Shown here in pieces: positions 8,610 to 15,536 of a stretch of DNA of 47,249 bases (position 1 is the first letter of the stretch; each line of letters begins with the position of its first letter). The notes below the pieces were generated by a model. The model did no database searches. It was not told the DNA's origin and was given only the letters and a program-made list of their open reading frames with translations. Origin of the DNA: a bacterium (lineage in GTDB: Bacteria; Patescibacteriota; Minisyncoccia; Moranbacterales; UBA2206); assembly GCA_021779205.1 (NCBI GenBank), contig JAJYBE010000001.1:1-47249 (forward strand), in the 5' to 3' direction. The position numbers and the translations under genes are program-made.

Positions 8610-9799
8610 ATTTTTGCTTTGAAATTATTAATCTCTCTTTTATAAATTTTTTCCCACAAAAGAGCGATATTTCTGTCAGATAATTTTTGCGCAAATTCCA
8701 ATGAACGCTCGGATAAACTATTTCTCAAGTTCGTATTTTCCAAAAGTAAAACAAATTTTTCTGCGAGCGCCTTTGAATCCCCTGGTTCCACAAGAATACC
8801 ACTTTCTCCAATATATTCAAAGCCCCGCGCTCTCACCCCGACAGTTGGCAATCCGCAAGCCATGGCCTGGATGAGCGTCATGCTTTGAATTTCCGAGGTG
8901 CTGGTTATGGAAAAAATGTCCGAAGCCCGATAGAGATCAGCCAGCTCGAAGTGACTGAGCGTTCCAAAAAATTTCACATTTTTCTCGAGACCCAATTCCA
9001 ACACCAATTTATTTATTTCTTCAAAATAACCGCCATGGCCTGCCATAGCTAAAGTGATGCCGGGAATTTTTTCTTTAACAAGGGCAATGGCGCGCACAAT
9101 CACATCAATATTTTTTTCTGGCGCGAATCTTCCCGCATAAACAACCACGTGTTCGTTTAATTTTAATTTTTCTTTCAACTCAGTCTTATTATGATCGACA
9201 GTCAAATTGAAAGTTTTCATATCAACCGGATTATAGACCGTCTCGTGCCGCGCCTTAAACCCATTTTTTCTCATCTCATCAAGCAATAATTTTGACGGAG
9301 AAGTTGTTAACTGGCATTTACCATAATACCAATTGACATATTTCAAACTAAAACGCTCGACCCATTCGCCTCTTATTGGCGCATATTTCACATACTGCAC
9401 AATCGCCGTATGATTAGTTCCAAGAAAAGGCACCTTAAGTATTTTTGCGGCAAGCATTGCCTCCAGCCCTACGCCAAAAAAAAGATGGGAATGAATCACA
9501 TCCGGTCTGAATTTTTTAATTGCAATCCAGCGCAAGCCAGTTGGGATAACCATCCGTCCTTGCTTGGTTGGTGTTGGATAGGAAACAGCAAAAAAGCGCG
9601 TAATTTCAATGCCATTATCCAAATCAATTTCTCGCTTGGAACCAATGCCCCCCGTTTTGAAATCTTTCTCGGAATAGCTCGGAACAAAAAAGCGAACTGT
9701 GTGACCACATTTCGCCAACTCTCGCGCGGAAGCAATGATAGAGTCGGAAATACCGCTTAATTCCGGATAGAAATTATCACAAAAAATTGCAATGCGCAT
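8606..9799 (-). CDS. Glycosyltransferase family 4 (GT-B, group 1)
   Basis: 397-aa ORF. N-terminus is MRIAIFCDNFYPELSGISDSI. C-terminal motifs are SEIQSMTLIQAMACGLPTVG and E..G.LV. Confidence 0.85.
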   Translation of the reverse strand: MRIAIFCDNFYPELSGISDSIIASARELAKCGHTVRFFVPSYSEKDFKTGGIGSKREIDLDNGIEITRFFAVSYPTPTKQGRMVIPTGLRWIAIKKFRPDVIHSHLFFGVGLEAMLAAKILKVPFLGTNHTAIVQYVKYAPIRGEWVERFSLKYVNWYYGKCQLTTSPSKLLLDEMRKNGFKARHETVYNPVDMKTFNLTVDHNKTELKEKLKLNEHVVVYAGRFAPEKNIDVIVRAIALVKEKIPGITLAMAGHGGYFEEINKLVLELGLEKNVKFFGTLSHFELADLYRASDIFSITSTSEIQSMTLIQAMACGLPTVGVRARGFEYIGESGILVEPGDSKALAEKFVLLLENTNLRNSLSERSLEFAQKLSDRNIALLWEKIYKREINNFKAKI

Positions 9800-9895
9800 A
9801 TGTTTTATCGTCTTTAGGATTTAAGCATTTTAGACGCACTTATCTGGTAATCTCCAGCAAATTGCCCGCCTCTTAGCCGCTTATTGGTTTCAATT

Positions 9896-10501
9896 TTATG
9901 CCTTATCAATCTTCTTAGCAAATCTGGCTGTTAATTTTCCATAACCATAGGATACTGAAGCGAAAAAAATTAGAATTAAAATTATCGCCAGTCCGCTTAG
10001 ATTAAGATAATGATTTATTTTATCATAAGCAGCTCCAAAATAATAACCGATGAGATAGAAAAAAAGCGAAGAAGGAATAGTTAAAATAACGCACCAATTA
10101 ATATATTTCCGGAGCGGCATCTTAACCGCACCGACAATAATAAGCCCCGGGGTTGCTAAAAGTGGAACCAATTTAATGAGCGTCATCGCTTTTCCAGCAT
10201 GCCGACGAGAAAGATTTTCCAAATAAACTATCCTGTCATGGGGTAAACCAAAGTAGTGCGCATATTTATTAACTAATTTTTCTCGCCCCCAATAGCCCAG
10301 TGCATAATAGATTACATCCGGAACCAGATTGCCCAAAATGGAAAGTAAAAAAACCAACCAACCGTCAAAATAGCCCAGGGCCACAGCAAAAGCAGCTGCA
10401 GCCGTAATCACCGGTCCCTCAATCAGCATTATCACAAACATCAAAAAATATCCATGCTGGATAATCCAAATAAAAGCACTTGAAAAGTTTGAGAAATCCA
10501 T
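9896..10501 (-). CDS. DedA/VTT-family membrane protein
   Basis: 201-aa polytopic ORF with LIEGPVITAAAAFAVALGYF and GNLVPDVIYYALGYWGREK. Confidence 0.75.
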   Translation of the reverse strand: MDFSNFSSAFIWIIQHGYFLMFVIMLIEGPVITAAAAFAVALGYFDGWLVFLLSILGNLVPDVIYYALGYWGREKLVNKYAHYFGLPHDRIVYLENLSRRHAGKAMTLIKLVPLLATPGLIIVGAVKMPLRKYINWCVILTIPSSLFFYLIGYYFGAAYDKINHYLNLSGLAIILILIFFASVSYGYGKLTARFAKKIDKA

Positions 10502-10536
10502 GATTTTATTTAATTAAACCATTTTTTCCATTATCC

Positions 10537-10610
10537 TGGTCGGGGTGCGGAGAATCGAACTCCGACTACAAGACCCCCAGCCTTGCGTACTGCCACTATA
10601 CTACACCCCG
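10537..10610 (-). tRNA. tRNA-Pro (anticodon GGG), CCA encoded
   Basis: Reverse complement: CGGGGTGTAGTATAGTGGCAGTACGCAAGGCTGGGGGTCTTGTAGTCGGAGTTCGATTCTCCGCACCCCGACCA. The anticodon loop is CTGGGGG. Confidence 0.85.
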
Positions 10611-10643
10611 ATTAACTAATTTGGAAATATGGTTTAATGAAGG

Positions 10644-10730
10644 CGGAGAGAGTGAGATTCGAACTCACGGTACCTTTAACAGTACGACAGTTTTCAAGAC
10701 TGTTGCCTTAAACCACTCGGCCATCTCTCC
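10644..10730 (-). tRNA. tRNA-Ser (anticodon TGA), long variable arm
   Basis: Reverse complement: GGAGAGATGGCCGAGTGGTTTAAGGCAACAGTCTTGAAAACTGTCGTACTGTTAAAGGTACCGTGAGTTCGAATCTCACTCTCTCCG. The anticodon loop is CTTGAAA. Confidence 0.88.
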
Positions 10731-10739
10731 AAATATTTT

Positions 10740-10972
10740 CTAAAAATGCTTCTCAGTAAAAGCACGTCCGGATCCTGATTTTAAATATTTTTCAAATTCA
10801 AATGCTTTGTATTTGTCAGAAAAAGCAAAATAACACATCAACTCTATGGGCAATAAATCTTTGGTGGCCGGAACATATCCGCAATTATGCCTTTTTATTC
10901 GTTCTTTTAAATCAGAGGCGCAACCAATATAGGGTTTTCATTTTTACATTTTAAAATATAAACGTAATGCAT
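10740..10972 (-). pseudogene. GIY-YIG nuclease mini-gene with a 1-nt frameshift
   Basis: Own translation gives MHYVYILKCKNENP, then a shift near 10930-10935. After the shift it reads YIGCASDLKERIKRHNCGYVPATKDLLPIELMCYFAFSDKYKAFEFEKYLKSGSGRAFTEKHF and a stop. The length is 233 nt, which is not a multiple of 3. Confidence 0.75.
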
Positions 10973-11043
10973 AGTGGGCGAAACCCGCCTTCGCGTGCTC
11001 CCGGCGGACTTTGTCCGCCGTAGCCCGCTTCGGCGGGCGAAGG
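10973..11043. repeat. Cluster of GC-rich hairpins between the GIY-YIG pseudogene and tRNA-Ser
   Basis: On the minus strand: gcccgc-cgaa-gcgggc, ggcggac-aaa-gtccgcc, and cgcgaaggcggg. The last is the same core as the GIY-YIG cassette inverted repeats. Confidence 0.7.
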
Positions 11044-11130
11044 CGGAGAGGGAGGGATTTGAACCCTCGAAGGGTTTTACCCCTTGCCACGTTAGCAGTG
11101 TGGTGCTTTCAGCCACTCAGCCACCTCTCC
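11044..11130 (-). tRNA. tRNA-Ser (anticodon GCT)
   Basis: Reverse complement: GGAGAGGTGGCTGAGTGGCTGAAAGCACCACACTGCTAACGTGGCAAGGGGTAAAACCCTTCGAGGGTTCAAATCCCTCCCTCTCCG. Confidence 0.85.
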
Positions 11131-11259
11131 ATATATCATAAATCCTAACTTTTAAATACTACCAGCTGGCTCACTAAATGTAAAGGTGGGGCATTGCCTC
11201 GTCTCTATTTAATATGCTAACATAAAATAAATTCAATCCAACAACCTAAAGACACAAAA

Positions 11260-11847
11260 ATGTATATTAAAAATTACAAACAACCCGCCCAAAAAGATGC
11301 TAGGTTGTTTTTGGAAAAAAATCGGGAAGATCAAGAGATGATGCTCCCTGCTCCAGAAAACGAGAAACTTATTGAGCAAAATTCCAAAGATTCACTCATG
11401 CATTGGAGCGCGCCGGAATTTGAAATGTTTGAACAAAATAAAAAGCGCCTTTCTTACGCCACACTTATTCTCTTAGCAATCATCATCTATGCCACTTTCA
11501 CCAATAACCCAATCATGGCTATCGTCTTTGTGCTGATTGGGATTGTTGCTTATATGTATATGGGCAAAGAACCTCGTATTTTAAATTTCCAAATAGTACC
11601 GGAAGGAATGATAGCTGGCAACGAGCTGTATGCATTTGAAAATATTCGTTCTTTTTGGATTTTTTACGAACCATCATATAAAAAAGTAATCAGTCTGCAC
11701 ACAAGAAGCTACCTCACACCTTTTGTCCACATTCCCATTGAAAATGAAGACCCTGTGAAAATACGCCGAATATTGCTCAAATTTATCCCGGAGGTAAAGC
11801 AAGGGAATAATCTGGTGGAAATCTTGGAAAGATTTTTGGGAATATGA
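11260..11847 (+). CDS. Hypothetical membrane protein (two central TM helices)
   Basis: 195-aa ORF with a hydrophobic core (ATLILLAIIIYATFTNNPIMAIVFVLIGIVAYMYM). I recognise no motif. Confidence 0.5.
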   Translation: MYIKNYKQPAQKDARLFLEKNREDQEMMLPAPENEKLIEQNSKDSLMHWSAPEFEMFEQNKKRLSYATLILLAIIIYATFTNNPIMAIVFVLIGIVAYMYMGKEPRILNFQIVPEGMIAGNELYAFENIRSFWIFYEPSYKKVISLHTRSYLTPFVHIPIENEDPVKIRRILLKFIPEVKQGNNLVEILERFLGI

Positions 11848-11909
11848 AAAACTTTGCTTTTTTCTTTTTTATGTGCTAAAAAGCATAGGTTGTTACTTTC
11901 TCCAGTTAT

Positions 11910-11982
11910 GCGCTTATAGCTCAGTGGATAGAGCGTCTGGTTGCGGTCCAGAAGGTCGCAGGTTCGATTCCTGCTAAGCGCA
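11910..11982 (+). tRNA. tRNA-Arg (anticodon GCG)
   Basis: GCGCTTATAGCTCAGTGGATAGAGCGTCTGGTTGCGGTCCAGAAGGTCGCAGGTTCGATTCCTGCTAAGCGCA. The anticodon loop is TTGCGGT. Confidence 0.85.
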
Positions 11983-11985
11983 CAT

Positions 11986-12050
11986 GTGTCATAAAAACTT
12001 TTAAAGAGAAGATGGCAGGTTCCCTGCCGGCAGGCAGGGATTCAAGCTAG
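11986..12050. repeat. Solo TGTCAT-plus-hairpin element with a tRNA 3'-end-like tail
   Basis: Sequence: tgtcat...ggcaggttCCCTGCCggcaGGCAGGGattcaagctagcgcaca. The stem is ccctgcc/ggcaggg. The strings gcaggttc and agcgcaca repeat the tRNA-Arg 3' part. Confidence 0.55.
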
Positions 12051-12057
12051 CGCACAA

Positions 12058-14277
12058 ATGAATACTCTTCTCAAAAACATTCCCAAAATTACTCCGAAAT
12101 ATGTCAAAACTTTGGAAAAATTGGGACTATTCACTATCCAAGATTTTTTGTTCTATCTCCCCCGTCGTTATGACGACTTTTCAAAGACCGTCGCGCTTTC
12201 CGAAGAATATCTCAACTCTGTCATAACTGTCTGCGCCATCGTGACCAAGGTAAAGTTAAACCGCATTTTTCGACGCAAATTGACGATTGCAGAAGTAATC
12301 TTTGAAGATGAAAACCAAACGCCCTTGAAAGCCGTCTGGTTCAATCAACCTTTCATTCTCGAATCAATGCCCATCGGCACCGAAGTTCGCTTGTCTGGAA
12401 AGCTAAAATTAAAAGGCAAATATTTCACACTTTCTAATCCCGCTTGGGAACGTGCCAGCCGCGAAAAAACCAATACTGGGCAACTCGTACCGGTCTACTC
12501 GGAAACACCCGGCATCACCTCAAAATGGATCCGCTGGCAGATGAAAACTTTCTTGGAGAAAAACCAAAATTTGGAAGATTTTGTTCCAGAAGAATTACGT
12601 AAAAAATTGCATCTCTATTCTCTGACCTCGGCGCTCCGCCAATTGCACTTTCCGGAAAATGAGGAGAAACTGCTCATCGCCAAGAAAACTTTCGCTTTTC
12701 GTGAAATGTTTTTGATGCAGCTGAAAACCTTGCAGATGAAAAACGTCTGGGAAGCGCAAAGTGCTCCAAGTCTTCGGTTCGATGAAGAATTGATTGAAAA
12801 ATTTATCGAAAATTTACCTTTCCAATTGACCGGTGCGCAACACAAGGCTTCGATTGAGATTCTCAAAGATTTGGAAAAAACTTGTCCCATGAATCGCCTG
12901 CTTAATGGAGACGTGGGCACTGGAAAAACGGTCGTCGCGGCCATTTCCGCGCTGAGCGTACTTTCCCAAAATCAGCAAGTGGCCATTCTTGCTCCAACTG
13001 AAGTTTTGGCGTTGCAACACTTCCAATCATTTTCAAAACTTTTCAAAAATTATGATTTTAATGTTGCTTTGCTTACGAGTTCTTATAAACTAATTAACTG
13101 TTGTCATTCTGAGCGAAGCGGAGCGCAGTCGAAGAATCTGCAAGCAATTACACCAAAGCTTTCTAATAAATCACTAGCCCCGCGATTATCGTCAGCAGAT
13201 CCTTCGACTACGTCCCGAGTACAGGACTCCGCTCAGGATGACATGTCAAAAATTACGCGCGAGCAAATGATCAGTCAAATTGAAAGTGGAGAAATAAACT
13301 TAGTCATCGGCACACATGCCATTATTCAAAAAGATGTTAGTTTTAAAAATTTAGCTTTGGTCATTATCGACGAACAGCACAGATTTGGCGTCACGCAAAG
13401 ATCTGTCTTGCAACAGGAAACCATGGAATTTAAAGATGGTAAAAAAAAGACTATCCCCCACTTGCTTACAATGACTGCTACGCCAATTCCACGAACTCTA
13501 GCAATTGCATTTTTTGGCAGTCTTGATTTGTCTGTTTTAGACGAAATGCCCCGTAACCGAAAACCAATCAAAACCAAAATTGTCTTGCCGACACAAAGAG
13601 ATCAGGTCTATGCTTTTATGCGCCGTGAGATTGGTGCCGGCCGCCAAGTATTTGTCATTTTGCCCTTTGTCGAAGAATCAAAAGTGCTCACGGAAGTCAA
13701 GGCCGCCACCGAAGAGCATAAAAAATTATCTCTCATTTTTCCGGAATATTCTTTGGGACTTTTGCATGGTCGGCTCAAATCAAAAGAGAAAGAAGCGATG
13801 ATGCAAGATTTTAAGAAGAAGAAAAGTCAAATTCTCGTTTCCACTTCCGTTGTCGAAGTAGGCATTGATATTCCCAATGCGACCATTATGCTCATTGAAA
13901 ATTCCGACCGTTTCGGCCTTTCTCAACTCCACCAATTCCGCGGCCGAGTCGGTCGCGGCGCTCATCAATCCTATTGTTTTCTCTTCACTGACTCAACCAC
14001 CCAGACGTCTCTCGAACGCTTGCGCGCGCTGGAAAAAAGTAATGATGGTTTCAAACTTTCCGAAATTGATCTCCAGCTGCGCGGCCCCGGTCAACTCCTT
14101 GGCAAGGCTCAATCCGGCCTTTCGGACATTGCGATGGAAAATCTTAATAATTTAAAATTAATTAAGATTGCACGCGCGGAAGCAGAGAATATTCTAAAAA
14201 CTGATGCAAAACTAAAAAAGCATCCACTACTGGCGAAGGCCTTGGAAAAGTTTGCGAAGGCTGTGCATTTGGAGTGA
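12058..14277 (+). CDS. recG: ATP-dependent DNA helicase RecG with an internal insertion of about 52 aa
   Basis: 739-aa ORF with an N-terminal wedge/OB region, motif I GDVGTGKT, Ia LAPTEVLALQH, II IIDEQHRFGV, LTMTATPIPRTL, and QLHQFRGRVGRG. Confidence 0.92.
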   Translation: MNTLLKNIPKITPKYVKTLEKLGLFTIQDFLFYLPRRYDDFSKTVALSEEYLNSVITVCAIVTKVKLNRIFRRKLTIAEVIFEDENQTPLKAVWFNQPFILESMPIGTEVRLSGKLKLKGKYFTLSNPAWERASREKTNTGQLVPVYSETPGITSKWIRWQMKTFLEKNQNLEDFVPEELRKKLHLYSLTSALRQLHFPENEEKLLIAKKTFAFREMFLMQLKTLQMKNVWEAQSAPSLRFDEELIEKFIENLPFQLTGAQHKASIEILKDLEKTCPMNRLLNGDVGTGKTVVAAISALSVLSQNQQVAILAPTEVLALQHFQSFSKLFKNYDFNVALLTSSYKLINCCHSERSGAQSKNLQAITPKLSNKSLAPRLSSADPSTTSRVQDSAQDDMSKITREQMISQIESGEINLVIGTHAIIQKDVSFKNLALVIIDEQHRFGVTQRSVLQQETMEFKDGKKKTIPHLLTMTATPIPRTLAIAFFGSLDLSVLDEMPRNRKPIKTKIVLPTQRDQVYAFMRREIGAGRQVFVILPFVEESKVLTEVKAATEEHKKLSLIFPEYSLGLLHGRLKSKEKEAMMQDFKKKKSQILVSTSVVEVGIDIPNATIMLIENSDRFGLSQLHQFRGRVGRGAHQSYCFLFTDSTTQTSLERLRALEKSNDGFKLSEIDLQLRGPGQLLGKAQSGLSDIAMENLNNLKLIKIARAEAENILKTDAKLKKHPLLAKALEKFAKAVHLE
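13102..13244. mobile_element. 143-bp MITE-like inverted-repeat element inserted in frame in recG
   Basis: Left arm at 13102-13140: tgtcattctgagcgaagcggagcgcagtcgaagaatctg. Reverse complement of the right arm at 13197-13244: tgtcatcctgagcggagtcctgtactcgggacgtagtcgaaggatctg. The element is GC-rich relative to its surroundings. Confidence 0.75.
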
Positions 14278-14279
14278 GT

Positions 14280-14308
14280 TTGACTTTTGGGCTGAATTGT
14301 GCTACAAT
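14280..14308 (+). promoter_or_regulatory. Strong sigma70-type promoter
   Basis: TTGACT (14280-14285), a 17-nt spacer, then TACAAT (14303-14308). Downstream lie the SD AAGGAGG (14356-14362) and the ATG at 14369. Confidence 0.65.
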
Positions 14309-14368
14309 TAAACCATCGTAGTCTTAACAATAGAACAGTTTTAAAAACCCATACCAAGGAGGTAGAAG

Positions 14369-15012
14369 ATGGAATTTTCGGTTATCGCGCTGGTTTTGAC
14401 AATAGCAGTGGTCGCTTTAGAGGGGTGCGTCTCTTACATCAATGGAACGTTCTCCTCAAGGCAGTGGAGACACGCAAACCTTTCCTTTTTAAAACACTGG
14501 GGGGGTCAGTCGGTGACATGTTTATTTTTCCAATCATTAACGCCATCATTACACCTTGTCTTCTTCATTTTGATCTTTGGTATATGCCAGGATTTCTTGT
14601 ATCCCTCATGATTACACTGAGATGTCACAAGGCATGGTGGCCAGATCCTTTTGACAAAAACGCGCAAGGGTTCATTCTAATGAATAACCCGCCTCTATTT
14701 CCAACCCCGCATTGCTACTCAAAAAATTATTGGTATCTTGCAGTAACTCCCGCAGGCTGGATTCATGTTTTCTTTATGACCTGCCAAATCACTATTTTGG
14801 GAGGGTACCTTTTCACGCCGATGCCAAGATCTGTAATTAATATTGTCTCATTATTACTGGCAGTGTTTTTACCACTAGGAGTGATTGAGCCTGGCATCGT
14901 TCAATCAGGAGGAATCAAAAAGTTAACTATCCGAAAATATGTTAAAATTAGTGGAATCTTCATTGCGCTAATAGAGACAGTTTTCGTGATTAGACTCATC
15001 AAGTTGAACTAA
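14369..15012 (+). CDS. Polytopic membrane protein, interrupted by a -1 frameshift at a G7 tract (14499-14505)
   Basis: Frame A is 14369-14611. It starts 6 nt after the AAGGAGG SD and encodes a signal/TM N-terminus, MEFSVIALVLTIAVVALEGC. Frame B is the body of track ORF 14299-15012 and continues as SVGDMFIFPIINAI... Frame B equals frame A minus 1 at ctGGGGGGGtc. Confidence 0.6.
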
Positions 15013-15045
15013 AAGTTTATCGTTCTATAAATTGAACGGTCACGC

Positions 15046-15084
15046 ACCCGGACGTAAAGTTATTACGTCGTGGGTACTTTGTTT
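15046..15084 (+). terminator. Rho-independent terminator candidate
   Basis: Imperfect stem acccggacgtaa / ttacgtcgtgggt, followed by ctttgtttt. Confidence 0.5.
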
Positions 15085-15089
15085 TATTT

Positions 15090-15498
15090 ATGTCATCCCC
15101 GCGAAGGCGGGGATCCAGACACCACAAGGCTAATTATTATACAAAATCGAGAGATAGATCCCTCCACTTACTGTTATCCTTTTCAATTAATTTTAGCTTC
15201 CAATTTCTGTTCCATCTTTTGAGTTGTTTTTCTCTGGCAATAGCACTGACGATATCATTTGTTTGTTCAAAATAGACTAGAGTTTTTGCGTTATACTTTT
15301 TTGTAAATCCATCAATCAGTCCTTGTTTATGTTCAAAAACTCTTTTTACTAAATTTGAAGTTACTCCAATATACAAAGTTCCATTTCTTTCACTAGCTAG
15401 AATATATACAAAATAATCCTTAGTTATCATTGCAATAATTCGTTTTCTCTTTATGGGGCACTGGTGGTACCTGGATTCCCGCCTTCGCGGGAATAACA
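15090..15498 (-). mobile_element. GIY-YIG mini-gene cassette bounded by 35-bp terminal inverted repeats
   Basis: Left repeat at 15090-15124: tgtcatccccgcgaaggcggggatccagacaccac. Reverse complement of the right repeat at 15464-15498: tgttattcccgcgaaggcgggaatccaggtaccac. They match at 30 of 35 positions, and each arm holds its own cccgc-gaa-gcggg hairpin. Confidence 0.75.
15137..15430 (-). CDS. GIY-YIG nuclease family protein (97 aa)
   Basis: MITKDYFVYILASERNGTLYIGVTSNLVKRVFEHKQG...AREKQLKRWNRNWK. The track ORF extends to 15499, but that extension (MLFPRRRESRYHQ..) is a translation of the inverted repeat. Confidence 0.85.
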   Translation of the reverse strand: MITKDYFVYILASERNGTLYIGVTSNLVKRVFEHKQGLIDGFTKKYNAKTLVYFEQTNDIVSAIAREKQLKRWNRNWKLKLIEKDNSKWRDLSLDFV

Positions 15499-15536
15499 CC
15501 TAAATTAGATTTGAATTAAAAAATCAAGCCAATCCT

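Noticed and set aside
10907-11116. 69-aa track ORF (MAESTTLLTWQGVKPFEGSNPSLS...MHYVYILKCKNENPILVAPLI).
   Set aside because: Its first two thirds are the antisense reading of tRNA-Ser(GCT) and the GC-rich hairpin cluster. Only the last 21 codons are real coding sequence, namely the start of the frameshifted GIY-YIG gene.
12615-14357. Minus-strand and out-of-frame ORFs within recG (109, 70, 83, 62 and 82 aa; plus-strand 73 and 96 aa).
   Set aside because: They are embedded in the RecG coding frame, with no motifs or start signals.
14299-14368. N-terminal 23 codons of the 237-aa track ORF, starting at GTG 14299.
   Set aside because: The GTG overlaps the spacer just upstream of the -10 box of a near-consensus promoter (TTGACT-17-TACAAT). 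The encoded peptide is hydrophilic junk. The SD-ATG at 14356-14371 is in another frame.
15431-15499. N-terminal extension of the GIY-YIG ORF (MLFPRRRESRYHQCPIKRKRIIA).
   Set aside because: It is the translation of the right terminal inverted repeat. The conserved GIY-YIG N-terminus begins at the M at 15430.
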